Translations under genes and position numbers: made by a program
Assembly (NCBI GenBank): GCA_964016885.1
Contig: OZ024743.1
Location: 178,746,001 to 178,810,000 of the forward strand
Source: Eledone cirrhosa
Lineage: Eukaryota
Reading direction: 5' to 3'
Length of the DNA: 64,000 bases
The notes under the pieces: model-generated
Seen by the model: only the letters and a program-made list of their open reading frames with translations
Told to the model about the DNA's origin: nothing
Databases searched by the model: none
Shown: one piece after another, positions 43,301 through 61,300 of the stretch
Layout of the letters: each line of letters begins with the position of its first letter
How positions within the stretch are numbered: position 1 is the first letter of the stretch

Positions 43301-46300
43301 CAACATCATCATCATCAACGACAACACCACCACCACAACCACTACCCCAACATCATCATCATCAACGACAACACCACCACCACAACCACTACTCCCAACA
43401 TCATCATCATCAACGACACCACCACAAAAACTACCCCATCATCATCATCATCAACGACACCACCACCACCACAACCGCTAACCCCAACATCATCATCATC
43501 AACGACAACACCACCACCACAACCGCTAACCCCAACATCATCATCAACGACAACACCACCACCACAACCACTACCCCCAACATCATCATCATCAACGATA
43601 ACACCACCACCACAACCGCTACCCCCAACATCATCATCATCAACGATAACACCACCACCACAACCGCTACCCCCAACATCATCATCAACGACAACACCAC
43701 CACCACAACCACTACCCCCAACATCATCATCATCAACGATAACACCACCACCACAACCGCTACCCCCAACATCATCATCAACGACAACACCTTCACCACA
43801 ACCACTACCCTCAACATCATCATCATCAACGACAACACCACCACCACAACCACTACCCCCAACATCATCATCATCAACGATAACACCACCACCACAACCG
43901 CTACCCCCAACATCATCATCAACGACAACACCACCACCACAACCACTACCCCCAACATCATCATCATCAACGATAACACCACCACCACAACCGCTACCCC
44001 CAACATCATCATCAACGACAACACCACCACCACAACCACTACCCCCAACATCATCATCATCAACGATAACACCACCACCACAACCGCTACCCCAACATCA
44101 TCATCAACGACAACACCACCACCACAACCACTACCCCCAACATCATCATCATCAACGACAACACCACCACCACAACCACTACCCCCAACATCATCATCAT
44201 CAACGATAACACCACCACCACAACCGCTACCCCCAACATCATCATCATCAACGACAACACCACCACCACAACCACTACCCCCAACATCATCATCATCAAC
44301 GACAACACCACCACCACAACCACTACCCCAACATCATCATCAACGACAACACCACCGTCCCTACCACTACCCGAACATCATCATCAACGACAACACCACC
44401 GCCACAACCACTACCCCCAACATCATCATCATCAACGACAACACCACCACCACAACCACTACCCCAACATCATCATCAACGACAACACCACCGCCACAAC
44501 CACTACCCCAACATCATCATCAACGACAACACCACCACCACAACCACAACCCCAACATCTTCATCATCAACGACAACACCACCACCACAACCACTACCCC
44601 AACATCATCATCATCAACGACACCACCACCACCACAACCACTACCCCAACATCATCAACATCAACGACAACACCACCACCACAATCACTAACCCCAACAT
44701 CATCATCATCAACGACAACACCACCACCACAACCACTACCCCCAACATCATCATCATCAACGATAACACCACCACCACAACCACTACCCCAACATCATCA
44801 TCATCAACGACAATACCACCACCACAACCACTACCCCCATCATCATCATCATCAACGACAACACCACCACCACCACAACCACTACCCCAACATCATCATC
44901 ATCAACGACAACACCACCACCACAACCACTACCCCAACATCATCATCATCAACGACAACACCACCACCACAACCACTACCCCAACATCATCATCATCAGC
45001 GACAACACCACCACCACAACCATTAAGCCCAACATCATCATCATCAACGACAACACCACCAGCACAACCACTACCCCCAACATCATCATCATCAACGACA
45101 ACACCACCACCACAACCACTACCCCCAACATCATCATCATCAGCGACAACACCACCACCACAACCATTAAGCCCAACATCATCATCATCAACGACAACAC
45201 CACCACCACAACCACTACCCCAACATCTTCATCATCAACGACAACACCACCACCACAACCACTACCCCAACATCATCATCATCAGCGACAACACCACCAC
45301 CACAACCATTAAGCCCAACATCATCATCCTCAACGACAACACCACCACCACAACCACTACCCCAACATCATCATCATCAACGACAACACCACCAGCACAA
45401 CCACTACCCCCAACATCATCATCCTCAACGACAACACCACCACCACAACCACTACCCCCAACATCATCATCATCAACGACAACACCACCACCACAACCAC
45501 TACCCCCAACATCATCATCATCAACGACAACACCACCACCACAACCACTACCCCCAACATCATCATCATCAGCGACAACACCACCACCACAACCACTACC
45601 CCCAACATCATCATCATCAACGACAACACCACCACCACAACCACTACCCCCAACATCATCATCATCAACGACAACACCACCACCACAACCACTACCCCCA
45701 ACATCATCATCATCAGCGACAACACCACCACCACAACCACTACCCCCAACATCATCATCATCAACGACAACACCACCACCACAACCACTACCCCCAACAT
45801 CATCATCATCAGCGACAACACCACCACCACAACCACTACCCCCAACATCATCATCATCAACGACAACACCACCACCACAACCACTACCCCCAACATCATC
45901 ATCATCAACGACAACACCACCACCACAACCACTAACCCCAACATCATCATCATCAACGACAACACCACCACCACAACCACTACCCCCAACATCATCATCA
46001 TCAACGACACCACCACCGCCACAACCACTACCCCCAACATCATCATCCTCAACGACAACACCACCACCACAACCACTACCCCCAACATCATCATCATCAA
46101 CGACAACACCACCACCACAACCACTACCCCCAACATCATCATCATCAACGACAACACCACCACCACAACCACTACCCCCAACATCATCATCATCAACGAC
46201 ACCACCACCGCCACAACCACTACCCCCAACATCATCATCCTCAACGACAACACCACCACCACAACCACTACCCCCAACATCATCATCATCAACGACAACA

Positions 46301-49300
46301 CCACCACCACAACCACTACCCCCAACATCATCATCATCAACGACAACACCACCACAACCACTAACCCCAACATCATAATCATCAACGACACAACCACCAC
46401 CACAACCACTACCCCCAACATCATCATCATCAACTACAACACCACCACCACAACCACTACCCCCAACATCATCATCATCAACGACAACACCACCACAACC
46501 ACTAACCCCAACATCATAATCATCAACGACACCACCACCGCCACAACCACTACCCCCAACATCATCATCATCAACGACACAACCACCACCACAACCACTA
46601 CCCCAACATCATCATCATCAACGACAACACCACCACCACAACCACTACCCCCAACATCATCATCATCAACGATAACACCACCACCACAACCACTACCCCC
46701 AACATCATCATCATCAACGACAACACCACCACCACAACTACTACCCCCAAAATCATCATCATCAACGATAACACCACCACCACAACCACTACCCCAACAT
46801 CATCATCATCAACGACAACACCACCACCACAACAACTACCCCAACATCATCATCATCAACGACAACACCACCACCACAACCTCTACCCCCAACATCATCA
46901 TCATCAACGACAACACCACCACCACAACCACTACCCCCAACATCATCATCATCAACGACAACACCACCACCACAACCACTACCCCCAACATCATCATCAT
47001 CAACGACAACACCACCACCACAACCACTACCCCCAACATCATCATCATCAATGATAACACCACCACCACAACCACTACCCCGACATCATCATCATCAACG
47101 ACAACACCACCACCACAACCACTACCCCAACATCATCATCATCAACGACAACACCACCACCACAACCTCTACCCCCAACATCATCATCATCAACGACAAC
47201 ATCACCACCACAACCACTACCCCCAACATCATCATCATCAACGACAACACCACCACCACAACCACTACCCCCAACATCATCATCATCAACGACAACACCA
47301 CCACCACAACCACTACCCCAACATCATCAACGACAACACCACCACCACAACCTCTACCCCCAACATCATCATCATCAACGACAACACCACCACCACAACC
47401 ACTACCCCAACATCATCATCATCAACGACAACACCACTACCACAACCACTACCCCCAACATCATCATCATCAACGATAACACCACCACCACAGCCATTAA
47501 GCCCAACATCATCATCATCAACGACAACACCACCACCACAACCACTACCCCAACATCATCATTATCAACGACACCACCACCACCACAACCACTACCCCAA
47601 CATCATCATCATCAACGACAACACCACCACCACAACCACTACCCCCAACATCATCATCATCAACGACAACACCACCACCACAACCACTAACCCCAACATC
47701 ATCATCATCAACCATAACACCACCACCACAACCACTACCCCAACATCGTCATCATCAACGACAATACCACCACCACAACCACTACCCCCATCATCATCAT
47801 CATCAACGACAACACCACCACCACAACCTCTACCCCAACATCATCATCATCAACGACAACACCACCACCACAACCACTACCCCAACATCATCATCATCAA
47901 CGACAACACCACCACAACAACCACTACCCCAACATCATCATCATCAGCGACAACACCACCACCACAACCATTAAGCCCAACATCATCATCATCAACGACA
48001 ACACCACCACCACAACCACTACCCCCAACATCATCATCATCAACGACAACACCACCAGCACAACCACTACCCCCAACATCATCATCCTCAACGACAACAC
48101 CACCACCACAACCACTACCCCCAACATCATCATCATCAACGACAACACCACCACCACAACCACTACCCCCAACATCATCATCATCAACGACAACACCACC
48201 AGCACAACCACTACCCCCAACATCATCATCCTCAACGACAACACCACCACCACAACCACTACCCCCAACATCATCATCATCAACGACAACACCACCACCA
48301 CAACCACTACCCCCAACATCATCATCATCAACGACAACACCACCACCACAACCACTACCCCCAACATCATCATCATCAACGACAACACCACCAGCACAAC
48401 CACTACCCCCAACATCATCATCATCAACGACAACACCACCACCACAACCACTACCCCCAACATCATCATCAACGAGAACACCACCACCACAACCACTACC
48501 CCCAACATCATCATCATCAACGACAACACCACCACCACAACCACTACCCCAACATCATCATCATCAACGACAACACCACCACCACAACCATTAAGCCCAA
48601 CATCATCATCATCAACGACAACACCAGCACCACAACCACTACCCCCAACATCATCATCATCAACGACAACACCACCAGCACAACCACTACCCCCAACATC
48701 ATCATCATCAACGACAACACCACCACCACAACCACTACCGCCAACATCATCATCATCAACGACAACACCACCACCACAACCACTACCCCCAACATCATCA
48801 TCATCAACGACAACACCACCACCACAACCACTACCCCCAACATCATCATCATCAACGATAACACCACCACCACAACCACTACCCCAACATCATCATCATC
48901 AACGACAACACCACCACCACAACCACTACCCCAACATCATCATCATCAACGACAACACCACCACCACAACCTCTACCCCCAACATCATCATCATCAACGA
49001 CAACATCACCACCACAACCACTACCCCCAACATCATCATCATCAACGACAACACCACCACCACAACCACTACGCCCAACATCATCATCATCAACGATAAC
49101 ACCACCACCACAACCACTACCCCAACATCATCATCATCAACGACAACACCACCACCACAACCACTACCCCAACATCATCATCATCAACGACAACACCACC
49201 ACCACAACCTCTACCCCCAACATCATCATCATCAACGACAACACCACCACCACAACCACTACCCCCAACATCATCATCATCAACGACAACACCACCACCA

Positions 49301-52300
49301 CAACCACTACCCCCAACATCATCATCATCAACGATAACACCACCACCACAACCACTACCTCAACATCATCATCATCAACGACAACACCACCACCACAACC
49401 ACTACCCCAACATCATCATCATCAACGACAACACCACCACCACAACCACTACCCCCAACATCATCATCATCAACGACAACACCACCACCACAACCACTAC
49501 CCCCAACATCATCATCATCAACGACACCACCACCACCACAACCACTACCCCCAACATCATCATCATCAACGACACCACCACCACCACAACCACTACCCCA
49601 ACATAATCATCATCAACGACACCACCACCACCACAACCACTATCCCCAACATCATCATCATCAACGACAACACCACCACCACAACCACTAACCCCAACAT
49701 CATCATCATCAACGACAACACCACCACCACAACCGCTAACCCCAACATCATCATCATCAACGACAACACCACCACCACAACCACTACCCCCAACATCATC
49801 ATCATCAACGACACCACCACCACCACAACCACTACCCCCAACATCATCATCATCAACGACAACACCACCACCACAACCACTAACCCCAACATCATCATCA
49901 TCAACGACAACACCACCACCACAACCACTACCCCCAACATCATCATCATCAACGACACCACCACCACCACAACCACTACCCCCAACATCATCATCATCAA
50001 CGACAACACCACCACCACAACCACTAACCCCAACATCATCATCATCAACGACAACACCACCACCACAACCACTAACCCCAACATCATCATCATCAACGAC
50101 AACACCACCACCAAAACCACTAACCCCAACATCATCATCATCAACGACAACACCACCACCACAACTACTACCCCAACATCATCATCATCAACGACAATAC
50201 CACCGCCACAACCACTACCCCCAACATCATCATCATCAACGACAACACCACCACCACAACCACTACCCCAACATCATCATCATCAACGACAACACCACCA
50301 CCACATCCTCTACCCCCAACATCATCATCATCAACGACAACACCACCACCACAACTACTACCCCAACATCATCATCATCAACGACAACACCACCACCACA
50401 ACCACTACCCCAAAATCATCATCATCAACGACAACACCACCACCACAACCACTACCCCCAACATCATCATCATCAACGAGAACACCACCACCACAACCAC
50501 TACCCCAACATCATCATCATCAACGACAACACCACCACCACAACCTCTACCCCCAACATCATCATCATCAACGACAACACCACCACCACAACTACTACCC
50601 CAACATCATCATCATCAACGACAACACCACCGCCACAACCACTACCCCCAACATCATCATCATCAACGACAACACCACCACCACAACCACTACCCCAACA
50701 TCATCATCATCAACGACAACACCACCACCACAACCACTACTCCCAACATCATCATCATCAACGACACCACCACAAAAACTACCCCATCATCATCATCATC
50801 AACGACACCACCACCACCACAACCGCTAACCCCAACATCATCATCATCAACGACAACACCACCACCACAACCGCTAACCCCAACATCATCATCAACGACA
50901 ACACCACCACCACAACCACTACCCCCAACATCATCATCATCAACGATAACACCACCACCACAACCGCTACCCCCAACATCATCATCATCAACGATAACAC
51001 CACCACCACAACCGCTACCCCCAACATCATCATCAACGACAACACCACCACCACAAACACTACCCCCAACATCATCATCATCAACGATAACACCACCACC
51101 ACAACCGCTACCCCCAACATCATCATCAACGACAACACCACCACCACAACCACTACCCTCAACATCATCATCATCAACGACAACACCACCACCACAACCA
51201 CTACCCCCAACATCATCATCATCAACGATAACACCACCACCACAACCGCTACCCCCAACATCATCATCAACGACAACACCACCACCACAACCACTACCCC
51301 CAACATCATCATCATCAACGATAACACCACCACCACAACCGCTACCCCCAACATCATCATCAACGACAACACCACCACCACAACCACTACCCCCAACATC
51401 ATCATCATCAACGACAACACCACCACCACAACCACTACCCCCAACATCATCATCATCAACGATAACACCACTACCACAACCGCTACCCCAACATCATCAT
51501 CAGCGACAACACCACCACCACAACCACTACCCCCAACATCATCATCATCAACGACAACACCACCACCACAACCACTACCCCCAACATCATCATCATCAAC
51601 GATAACACCACCACCACAACCGCTACCCCCAACATCATCATCATCAACGATAACACCACCACCACAACCACTACCCCCAACATCATCATCATCAACGACA
51701 ACACCACCACCACAACCACTACCCCAACATCATCATCAACGACAACACCACCGTCACAACCACTACCCCAACTTCATCATCAACGACAACACCACCGCCA
51801 CAACCACTACCCCCAACATCATCATCATCAACGACAACACCACCACCACAACCACTACCCCAACATCATCATCAACGACAACACCACCGTCCCTACCACT
51901 ACCCGAACATCATCATCAACGACAACACCACCGCCACAACCACTACCCCCAACATCATCATCATCAACGACAACACCACCACCACAACCACTACCCCAAC
52001 ATCATCATCAACGACAACACCACCGCCACAACCACTACCCCAACATCATCATCAACGACAACACCACCACCACAACCACAACCCCAACATCTTCATCATC
52101 AACGACAACACCACCACCACAACCACTACCCCAACATCATCATCATCAACGACACCACCACCACCACAACCACTACCCCAACATCATCAACATCAACGAC
52201 AACACCACCACCACAATCACTAACCCCAACATCATCATCATCAACGACAACACCACCACCACAACCACTACCCCCAACATCATCATCATCAACGATAACA

Positions 52301-55300
52301 CCACCACCACAACCACTACCCCAACATCATCATCATCAACGACAATACCACCACCACAACCACTACCCCCATCATCATCATCATCAACGACAACACCACC
52401 ACCACCACAACCACTACCCCAACATCATCATCATCAACGACAACACCACCACCACAACCACTACCCCAACATCATCATCATCAACGACAACACCACCACC
52501 ACAACCACTACCCCAACATCATCATCATCAGCGACAACACCACCACCACAACCATTAAGCCCAACATCATCATCATCAACGACAACACCACCAGCACAAC
52601 CACTACCCCCAACATCATCATCATCAACGACAACACCACCACCACAACCACTACCCCCAACATCATCATCATCAGCGACAACACCACCACCACAACCATT
52701 AAGCCCAACATCATCATCATCAACGACAACACCACCACCACAACCACTACCCCAACATCTTCATCATCAACGACAACACCACCACCACAACCACTACCCC
52801 AACATCATCATCATCAGCGACAACACCACCACCACAACCACTACCCCAACATCATCATCATCAACGACAACACCACCACCACAACCATTAAGCCCAACAT
52901 CATCATCCTCAACGACAACACCACCACCACAACCACTACCCCAACATCATCATCATCAACGACAACACCACCACCACAACCACTACCCCCAACATCATCA
53001 TCCTCAACGACAACACCACCACCACAACCACTACCCCCAACATCATCATCATCAACGACAACACCACCACCACAACCACTACCCCCAACATCATCATCAT
53101 CAACGACAACACCACCACCACAACCACTACCCCCAACATCATCATCATCAGCGACAACACCACCACCACAACCACTACCCCCAACATCATCATCATCAAC
53201 GACAACACCACCACCACAACCACTACCCCCAACATCATCATCATCAACGACAACACCACCACCACAACCACTACCCCCAACATCATCATCATCAGCGACA
53301 ACACCACCACCACAACCACTACCCCCAACATCATCATCATCAACGACAACACCACCACCACAACCACTACCCCCAACATCATCATCATCAGCGACAACAC
53401 CACCACCACAACCACTACCCCCAACATCATCATCATCAACGACAACACCACCACCACAACCACTACCCCCAACATCATCATCATCAACGACAACACCACC
53501 ACCACAACCACTAACCCCAACATCATCATCATCAACGACAACACCACCACCACAACCACTACCCCCAACATCATCATCATCAACGACACCACCACCGCCA
53601 CAACCACTACCCCCAACATCATCATCCTCAACGACAACACCACCACCACAACCACTACCCCCAACATCATCATCATCAACGACAACACCACCACCACAAC
53701 CACTACCCCCAACATCATCATCATCAACTACAACACCACCACCACAACCACTACCCCCAACATCATCATCATCAACGACAACACCACCACAACCACTAAC
53801 CCCAACATCATAATCATCAACGACACAACCACCACCACAACCACTACCCCCAACATCATCATCATCAACTACAACACCACCACCACAACCACTACCCCCA
53901 ACATCATCATCATCAACGACAACACCACCACAACCACTAACCCCAACATCATAATCATCAACGACACCACCACCGCCACAACCACTACCCCCAACATCAT
54001 CATCATCAACGACACAACCACCACCACAACCACTACCCCAACATCATCATCATCAACGACAACACCACCACCACAACCACTACCCCCAACATCATCATCA
54101 TCAACGATAACACCACCACCACAACCACTACCCCCAACATCATCATCATCAACGACAACACCACCACCACAACTACTACCCCCAAAATCATCATCATCAA
54201 CGATAACACCACCACCACAACCACTACCCCAACATCATCATCATCAACGACAACACCACCACCACAACAACTACCCCAACATCATCATCATCAACGACAA
54301 CACCACCACCACAACCTCTACCCCCAACATCATCATCATCAACGACAACACCACCACCACAACCACTACCCCCAACATCATCATCATCAACGACAACACC
54401 ACCACCACAACCACTACCCCCAACATCATCATCATCAACGACAACACCACCACCACAACCACTACCCCCAACATCATCATCATCAACGATAACACCACCA
54501 CCACAACCACTACCCCGACATCATCATCATCAACGACAACACCACCACCACAACCACTACCCCAACATCATCATCATCAACGACAACACCACCACCACAA
54601 CCTCTACCCCCAATATCATCATCATCAACGACAACATCACCACCACAACCACTACCCCCAACATCATCATCATCAACGACAACACCACCACCACAACCAC
54701 TACCCCCAACATCATCATCATCAACGACAACACCACCACCACAACCACTACCCCAACATCATCAACGACAACACCACCACCACAACCTCTACCCCCAACA
54801 TCATCATCATCAACGACAACACCACCACCACAACCACTACCCCAACATCATCATCATCAACGACAACACCACTACCACAACCACTACCCCCAACATCATC
54901 ATCATCAACGATAACACCACCACCACAACCATTAAGCCCAACATCATCATCATCAACGACAACACCACCACCACAACCACTACCCCAACATCATCATTAT
55001 CAACGACACCACCACCACCACAACCACTACCCCAACATCATCATCATCAACGACAACACCACCACCACAACCACTACCCCCAACATCATCATCATCAACG
55101 ACAACACCACCACCACAACCACTACCCCCAACATCATCATCATCAACGACAACACCACCACCACAACCACTAACCCCAACATCATCATCATCAACCATAA
55201 CACCACCACCACAACCACTACCCCAACATCATCATTATCAACGACACCACCACCACCACAACCACTACCCCAACATCATCATCATCAACGACAACACCAC

Positions 55301-58300
55301 CACCACAACCACTACCCCAACATCGTCATCATCAACGACAATACCACCACCACAACCACTACCCCCATCATCATCATCATCAACGACAACACCACCACCA
55401 CAACCTCTACCCCAACATCATCATCATCAACGACAACACCACCACCACAACCACTACCCCAACATCATCATCATCAACGACAACACCACCACCACAACCA
55501 CTACCCATAACATCATCATCATCAATGACACCACCACCACAACCACTACCCCAACATCGTCATCATCAACGACAATACCACCACCACAACCACTACCCCC
55601 ATCATCATCATCATCAACGACAACACCACCACCACAACCTCTACCCCAACATCATCATCATCAACGACAACACCACCACCACAACCTCTACCCCAACATC
55701 ATCATCATCAACGACAACGCCACCACCACAACCTCTACCCATAACATCATCATCATCAACGACAACACCACCACCACAACCACTACCCCAACATCATCAT
55801 CATCAACGACAACACCACCACAACAACCACTACCCCAACATCATCATCATCAGCGACAACACCACCACCACAACCATTAAGCCCAACATCATCATCATCA
55901 ACGACAACACCACCACCACAACCACTACCCCCAACATCATCATCATCAACGACAACACCACCAGCACAACCACTACCCCCAACATCATCATCCTCAACGA
56001 CAACACCACCACCACAACCACTACCCCCAACATCATCATCATCAACGACAACACCACCACCACAACCACTACCCCCAACATCATCATCATCAACGACAAC
56101 ACCACCAGCACAACCACTACCCCCAACATCATCATCCTCAACGACAACACCACCACCACAACCACTACCCCCAACATCATCATCATCAACGACAACACCA
56201 CCACCACAACCACTACCCCCAACAACATCATCATCAACGACAACACCACCACCACAACCACTACCCCCAACATCATCATCATCAACGACAACACCACCAG
56301 CACAACCACTACCCCCAACATCATCATCATCAACGACAACACCACCACCACAACCACTACCCCCAACATCATCATCAACGAGAACACCACCACCACAACC
56401 ACTACCCCCAACATCATCATCATCAACGACAACACCACCACCACAACCACTACCCCAACATCATCATCATCAACGACAACACCACCACCACAACCATTAA
56501 GCCCAACATCATCATCATCAACGACAACACCAGCACCACAACCACTACCCCCAACATCATCATCATCAACGACAACACCACCAGCACAACCACTACCCCC
56601 AACATCATCATCATCAACGACAACACCACCACCACAACCACTACCCCCAACATCATCATCATCAACGACAACACCACCACCACAACCACTACCCCCAACA
56701 TCATCATCATCAACGACAACACCACCACCACAACCACTACCCCCAACATCATCATCATCAACGATAACACCACCACCACAACCACTACCCCAACATCATC
56801 ATCATCAACGACAACACCACCACCACAACCACTACCCCAACATCATCATCATCAACGACAACACCACCACCACAACCTCTACCCCCAACATCATCATCAT
56901 CAACGACAACATCACCACCACAACCACTACCCCCAACATCATCATCATCAACGACAACACCACCACCACAACCACTACGCCCAACATCATCATCATCAAC
57001 GATAACACCACCACCACAACCACTACCCCAACATCATCATCATCAACGACAACACCACCACCACAACCTCTACCCCCAACATCATCATCATCAACGACAA
57101 CACCACCACCACAACCACTACCCCCAACATCATCATCATCAACGACAACACCACCACCACAACCACTACCCCCAACATCATCATCATCAACGATAACACC
57201 ACCACCACAACCACTACCTCAACATCATCATCATCAACGACAACACCACCACCACAACCACTACCCCAACATCATCATCATCAACGACAACACCACCACC
57301 ACAACCACTACCCCCAACATCATCATCATCAACGACAACACCACCACCACAACCACTACCCCCAACATCATCATCATCAACGACACCACCACCACCACAA
57401 CCACTACCCCCAACATCATCATCATCAACGACACCACCACCACCACAACCACTACCCCAACATAATCATCATCAACGACACCACCACCACCACAACCACT
57501 ATCCCCAACATCATCATCATCAACGACAACACCACCACCACAACCACTAACCCCAACATCATCATCATCAACGACAACACCACCACCACAACCACTAACC
57601 CCAACATCATCATCATCAACGACAACACCACCACCACAACCGCTAACCCCAACATCATCATCATCAACGACAACACCACCACCACAACCACTACCCCCAA
57701 CATCATCATCATCAACGACACCACCACCACCACAACCACTACCCCCAACATCATCATCATCAACGACAACACCACCACCACAACCACTAACCCCAACATC
57801 ATCATCATCAACGACAACACCACCACCACAACCACTAACCCCAACATCATCATCATCAACGACAACACCACCACCAAAACCACTAACCCCAACATCATCA
57901 TCATCAACGACAACACCACCACCACAACTACTACCCCAACATCATCATCATCAACGACAATACCACCGCCACAACCACTACCCCCAACATCATCATCATC
58001 AACGACAACACCACCACCACAACCACTACCCCAACATCATCATCATCAACGACAACACCACCACCACATCCTCTACCCCCAACATCATCATCATCAACGA
58101 CAACACCACCACCACAACTACTACCCCAACATCATCATCATCAACGACAACACCACCACCACAACCACTACCCCAAAATCATCATCATCAACGACAACAC
58201 CACCACCACAACCACTACCCCCAACATCATCATCATCAACGAGAACACCACCACCACAACCACTACCCCAACATCATCATCATCAACGACAACACCACCA

Positions 58301-61300
58301 CCACAACCTCTACCCCCAACATCATCATCATCAACGACAACACCACCACCACAACTACTACCCCAACATCATCATCATCAACGACAACACCACCGCCACA
58401 ACCACTACCCCCAACATCATCATCATCAACGACAACACCACCACCACAACTACTACCCCAACATCATCATCATCAACGACAACACCACCGCCACAACCAC
58501 TACCCCCAACATCATCATCATCAACGACAACACCACCACCACAACCACTACTCCCAACATCATCATCATCAACGACACCACCACAAAAACTACCCCATCA
58601 TCATCATCATCAACGACACCACCACCACCACAACCGCTAACCCCAACATCATCATCATCAACGACAACACCACCACCACAACCGCTAACCCCAACATCAT
58701 CATCAACGACAACACCACCACCACAACCACTACCCCCAACATCATCATCATCAACGATAACACCACCACCACAACCGCTACCCCCAACATCATCATCATC
58801 AACGATAACACCACCACCACAACCGCTACCCCCAACATCATCATCAACGACAACACCACCACCACAAACACTACCCCCAACATCATCATCATCAACGATA
58901 ACACCACCACCACAACCGCTACCCCCAACATCATCATCAACGACAACACCACCACCACAACCACTACCCTCAACATCATCATCATCAACGACAACACCAC
59001 CACCACAACCACTACCCCCAACATCATCATCATCAACGATAACACCACCACCACAACCGCTACCCCCAACATCATCATCAACGACAACACCACCACCACA
59101 ACCACTACCCCCAACATCATCATCATCAACGATAACACCACCACCACAACCGCTACCCCCAACATCATCATCAACGACAACACCACCACCACAACCACTA
59201 CCCCCAACATCATCATCATCAACGACAACACCACCACCACAACCACTACCCCCAACATCATCATCATCAACGATAACACCACTACCACAACCGCTACCCC
59301 AACATCATCATCAGCGACAACACCACCACCACAACCACTACCCCCAACATCATCATCATCAACGACAACACCACCACCACAACCACTACCCCCAACATCA
59401 TCATCATCAACGATAACACCACCACCACAACCGCTACCCCCAACATCATCATCATCAACGATAACACCACCACCACAACCACTACCCCCAACATCATCAT
59501 CATCAACGACAACACCACCACCACAACCACTACCCCAACATCATCATCAACGACAACACCACCGTCACAACCACTACCCCAACTTCATCATCAACGACAA
59601 CACCACCGCCACAACCACTACCCCCAACATCATCATCATCAACGACAACACCACCACCACAACCACTACCCCTACATCATCATCAACGACAACACCACCG
59701 CCACAACCACTACCCCAACATCATCATCAACGACAACACCACCACCACAACCACAACCCCAACATCATCATCATCAACGACAACACCACCACCACAACCA
59801 CTACCCCAACATCATCATCATCAACGACACCACCACCACCACAACCACTACCCCAACATCATCAACATCAACGACAACACCACCACCACAATCACTAACC
59901 CCAACATCATCATCATCAACGACAACACCACCACCACAACCACTACCCCCAACATCATCATCATCAACGACAACACCACCACCACAAGCACTACCCCAAC
60001 ATCATCATCATCAACGACAACACCACCACCACAACCACTACCCCCAACATCATCATCATCAACGACAACACCACCACCACAACCACTACCCCAACATCAT
60101 CATCATCAACGATAACACCACCACCACAAAAATTAAGCCCAACATCATCATCATCAACGACAACACCACCACCACAACCACTACCCCCAACATCATCATC
60201 ATCAACGACAACACCACCACCACAACCACTACCTCAACATCATCATCATCAACGATAACACCACCACCACAACCACTACCCCCAACATCATCATCATCAA
60301 CGACAACACCACCACCACAACTACTACCCCATACATCATCATCATCAACGACAACACCACCACCACAACTACTACCCCATACATCATCATCATCAACGAC
60401 AGCACCACCACCACAACCACTACCCCAACATCATCATCAACGACAACACCACCACCTCAACCACTACCCCCAACACCATCATCATCAACGACAACACCAC
60501 CACCACAACCACTACCCCAACATCATCATCATCAACGACAACACCACCACCACAACCACTACCCCAACATCATCATCATCAACGACAACACCACTACCAC
60601 AACCACTACCCCCAACATCATCATCATCAACGATAACACCACCACCACAACCATTAAGCCCAACATCATCATCATCAACGACAACACCACCACCACAACC
60701 ACTACCCCAACATCATCATCATCAACGACACCACCACCACCACAACCACTACCCCAACATCATCATCATCAACGACAACACCACCACCACAACCACTACC
60801 CCCAACATCATCATCATCAACGACAACACCACCACCACAACCACTAACCCCAACATCATCATCATCAACGATAACACCACCACCACAACCACTACCCCAA
60901 CATCATCATCATCAACGACACCACCACCACCACAACCACTACCCCCATCATCATCATCATCAACGACAACACCACCACCACCACAACCACTACCCCAACA
61001 TCATCATCATCAACGACAACACCACCACCACAACCACTACCCCAACATCATCATCATCAACGACAACACCACCACCACAACCACTACCCCAACATCATCA
61101 TCATCAACGACAACACCACCACCACAACCATTAAGCCCAACATCATCATCATCAACGACAACACCACCACCACAACCACTAACCCCAACATCATCATCAT
61201 CAACGACAACACCACCAGCACAACCACTACCCCAACATCATCATCATCAACGACAACACCACCACCACAACCACTACACCCAACATCATCATCATCAACG

